In this document: positions 62,085 through 64,000 of the stretch, in pieces
How positions within the stretch are numbered: the stretch's first letter is position 1
Layout of the letters: every line of letters starts with the position of its first letter
From: Escherichia coli
GTDB taxonomy: Bacteria; Pseudomonadota; Gammaproteobacteria; Enterobacterales; Enterobacteriaceae
Assembly (NCBI RefSeq): GCF_011045215.1
Contig: NZ_CP049201.1
Strand: one strand, 5' to 3'
Length of the DNA: 64,000 nucleotides
The notes under the pieces: model-generated
Told to the model about the DNA's origin: nothing
Databases searched by the model: none
Seen by the model: only the letters and a program-made list of their open reading frames with translations
Position numbers and translations under genes: made by a program

Positions 62085-63259
62085 TATGCAAGCCTCACAA
62101 TATAGTTAAATGCGATGTTTTTTACGGTGTTTTCCGCGTTGCCATAAGCGGCAATGGTAATGGTGTGTGTGTGCGAACCAATAGCGAGCGTATGTGTATG
62201 CGCACCTATTGCTACTGTGTGAGTATGAGCTCCTGCGCTTAATACGCGATTACTTGCTGTCTTGCTTGTGTTAGTTGCATGCATTCCACCACCGGTACCG
62301 GGAGTTTCTGCGTATGCTGAAGTATTGTTGTAAGCAAAGTTGTGTGTATGTGCTCCGGTGTTATTTGTGGATTTAGTTCCGTAATCAAACGACGATGTGG
62401 TTTTCGTCCCCAAATCCGTACTGGATGCGCTGGCGCTGTGGGTGTGCGATTTAATGCCGTCCTGTTCCTGAGACAATACGGCTCGACCACTGGCTGGTTT
62501 GCCCTTAATCGTCCAGCCACGCATATCAGGGATCACGCCTGACGGATAAGCGGCTGCAAGTTTCGGGTATGCAGATTTGTCAAAAGTCTGCCCCTGCATC
62601 AGGGCATAACCAGACGGAACGGTATCTGATGGCCACGGGATTGGTGCGCCAGGCGGATAAAACTGCTCTGATGGCGTATAGAGTGAATAAACTGTACCGT
62701 CCGTTAACCCTTCCGGCTTATTAGCAGAATATGCTGGTGACGTATGAATCGTCACGCTGGCATTACTGGTATAATCCCATTGAATATTTACACCAGTCGC
62801 ATAATTTCCGATTGCAACGTAAATATCGTAAGTATCACCAGATGTATTGACCCAGGCAAAATTTGTAAACCCTGTCGATGTGCGCTGCCATAAAGCACCA
62901 GTAATCCCCTTCGGATTACCATTACCTGCACGCAAAACAAGTTCAGATATACCTGCCTGTTGAGGTGAACCGACGTTATATCCAGCCCCACCAATCAACG
63001 TAATTGAAACAACAGAACTCGCCTGCGGCATGGTTACCGTTGCTAATTTGAACCAACCAGCACCACCGCTAAATGACATAGTTGTTGAGTTAAGCGTACC
63101 AATATCTTTCGGTGTCAGTGTTATATCCGCTGAAAGCGCCTTACCATTCACCTTACGGGCAGAAGGTACGGTCTGGCAAGAGCCGCCCGGCAAACGTCCT
63201 GGCATCAGTCTGCGCTTTACTTTAAGCGCAATGTATTGCTCGGTTGCTACATCCCGCAC
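62084..63259 (-). CDS. Tail fibre protein, C-terminal part of gpH-like protein (5'-truncated, fused at a deletion junction)
   Basis: C-terminal repeats [30 protein letters not shown] typical of enterobacterial phage tail fibres; N-terminal ~35 aa of the ORF is antisense read-through of the portal fragment. Confidence 0.7.
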   Translation of the reverse strand: MRDVATEQYIALKVKRRLMPGRLPGGSCQTVPSARKVNGKALSADITLTPKDIGTLNSTTMSFSGGAGWFKLATVTMPQASSVVSITLIGGAGYNVGSPQQAGISELVLRAGNGNPKGITGALWQRTSTGFTNFAWVNTSGDTYDIYVAIGNYATGVNIQWDYTSNASVTIHTSPAYSANKPEGLTDGTVYSLYTPSEQFYPPGAPIPWPSDTVPSGYALMQGQTFDKSAYPKLAAAYPSGVIPDMRGWTIKGKPASGRAVLSQEQDGIKSHTHSASASSTDLGTKTTSSFDYGTKSTNNTGAHTHNFAYNNTSAYAETPGTGGGMHATNTSKTASNRVLSAGAHTHTVAIGAHTHTLAIGSHTHTITIAAYGNAENTVKNIAFNYIVRLA

Positions 63260-64000
63260 CCGCTGCTTTCCCGGCAGGATTTCTCGGCGCTGGCGCTGGA
63301 CTGGTTTGTGTTCGGTAACGCATTCCTTGAGCTTCGGAGCAATATGCTCGGCGAACCACTTAAATTACGGCACGCACTGGCGAAATACATGCGACGCGGA
63401 AGCGATCTTGAATCATGGTGGTATGTGCAGGATGGCAAGGACGCGTTTCAGTTTCGCCCTGGCAAAGTGTGCCACCTGATGAATCCGGACATTAACCAGG
63501 AAATTTACGGCATGCCGGAATATCTTGGAGCATTACTCTCGGCCAGCCTGTCTCATTCGGCGGACATGTTCAGAAAACTGTATTACGACAACGGATCCCA
63601 CGCCGGGTGCATCATCTACATCGGTGCAGCGCAGGTAAACCGCGAAAGCATGGACTCCCTGAAAGAAACGTTACAGGGTGCGCGTGGTGGTGGTGCGTTT
63701 AAAAACGTGCTCATCCACGCGCCCAACGGGGGCAAAGAGGGGGTGCAAATTTTGCCGTTCCAGCAGATCACCGCAAAGGATGAGTTCATGAATGTTAAGG
63801 CGGCATCCCGTGATGATGTGCTGGCTGCGCACCGCGTTCCGCCGCAACTGATGGGGGCGATGCCGGGCGAAAAAAGTGCGTTTGGTGATGTGGAGAAGGC
63901 CGCGCGGGTTTACGCAATTAACGAGCTGATGCCCGTCATGGAGGCTATGAAGCACATCAATGACTGGCTTGGCGAAGAGGTGATCCGCTTTAACCCTTAC
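63248..64000 (+). pseudogene. Portal protein (P2 gpQ-like) fragment, 5'-truncated, runs off window end
   Basis: Frame-2 translation open to window end: ...[15 protein letters not shown]...FMNVKAASRDDVLAAHRVPPQLMGAMPGEKSAFGDVEKAARVYAINELMPVMEAM...; portal-like RVPPQLMG motif; not in ORF track because it has no stop in window. Confidence 0.65.

Larger units (their letters stand above)
51175..64000. mobile_element. Defective P2-like prophage (right part), internally deleted and rearranged; continues beyond window end
   Basis: ogr, gpD, FI, FII, E/E', T, U, G, truncated H and truncated portal Q homologs; no capsid, lysis or baseplate genes between Q and H fragments. Confidence 0.85.

Overview
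Escherichia coli-type chromosomal segment, in reverse orientation relative to the K-12 map. Conserved backbone: hprR(partial)-hprS, hchA, an intact OmpC-family porin, yedR-yedJ-dcm-vsr, yedA, yedI, yodC, a disrupted dgcQ (yedQ), yedP, dsrA sRNA, yodD, dsrB, rcsA, the flagellar operons fliR..fliE, then yedK-yedF-yedE-yedD-amyA, fliT-fliS-fliD / fliC-fliA-fliZ, tcyJ-dcyD-tcyL-tcyN, sdiA, yecF, uvrY-uvrC-pgsA and the tRNA cluster glyW-cysT-leuZ. Two accessory segments interrupt this. (1) 26.1-30.85 kb between fliE and yedK: an emrE / PEBP (ybcL-like) / AraC (ybcM-like) module, a ~1.1 kb AT-rich non-coding stretch, and an IS200/IS605-family remnant with truncated tnpA and intact tnpB. (2) ~49.9-64.0 kb downstream of tRNA-Leu: a hok-deleted repeat, a small AT-rich secreted Cys-rich ORF, an intact hok/sok-type toxin locus, and a defective P2-like prophage (ogr, gpD, FI-FII-E/E'-T-U, tail fibre assembly G, truncated H fused to a truncated portal Q). 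The prophage carries two AT-rich cargo genes that I consider the best candidates for an undescribed system: a frameshifted ~470-aa protein with a PD-(D/E)xK-like motif between gpD and ogr, and a GT9 (heptosyltransferase-like) glycosyltransferase in the G/FI (Z/fun) position. No CRISPR array found. All homology calls are from reading the translations against remembered protein families; no database search was run.
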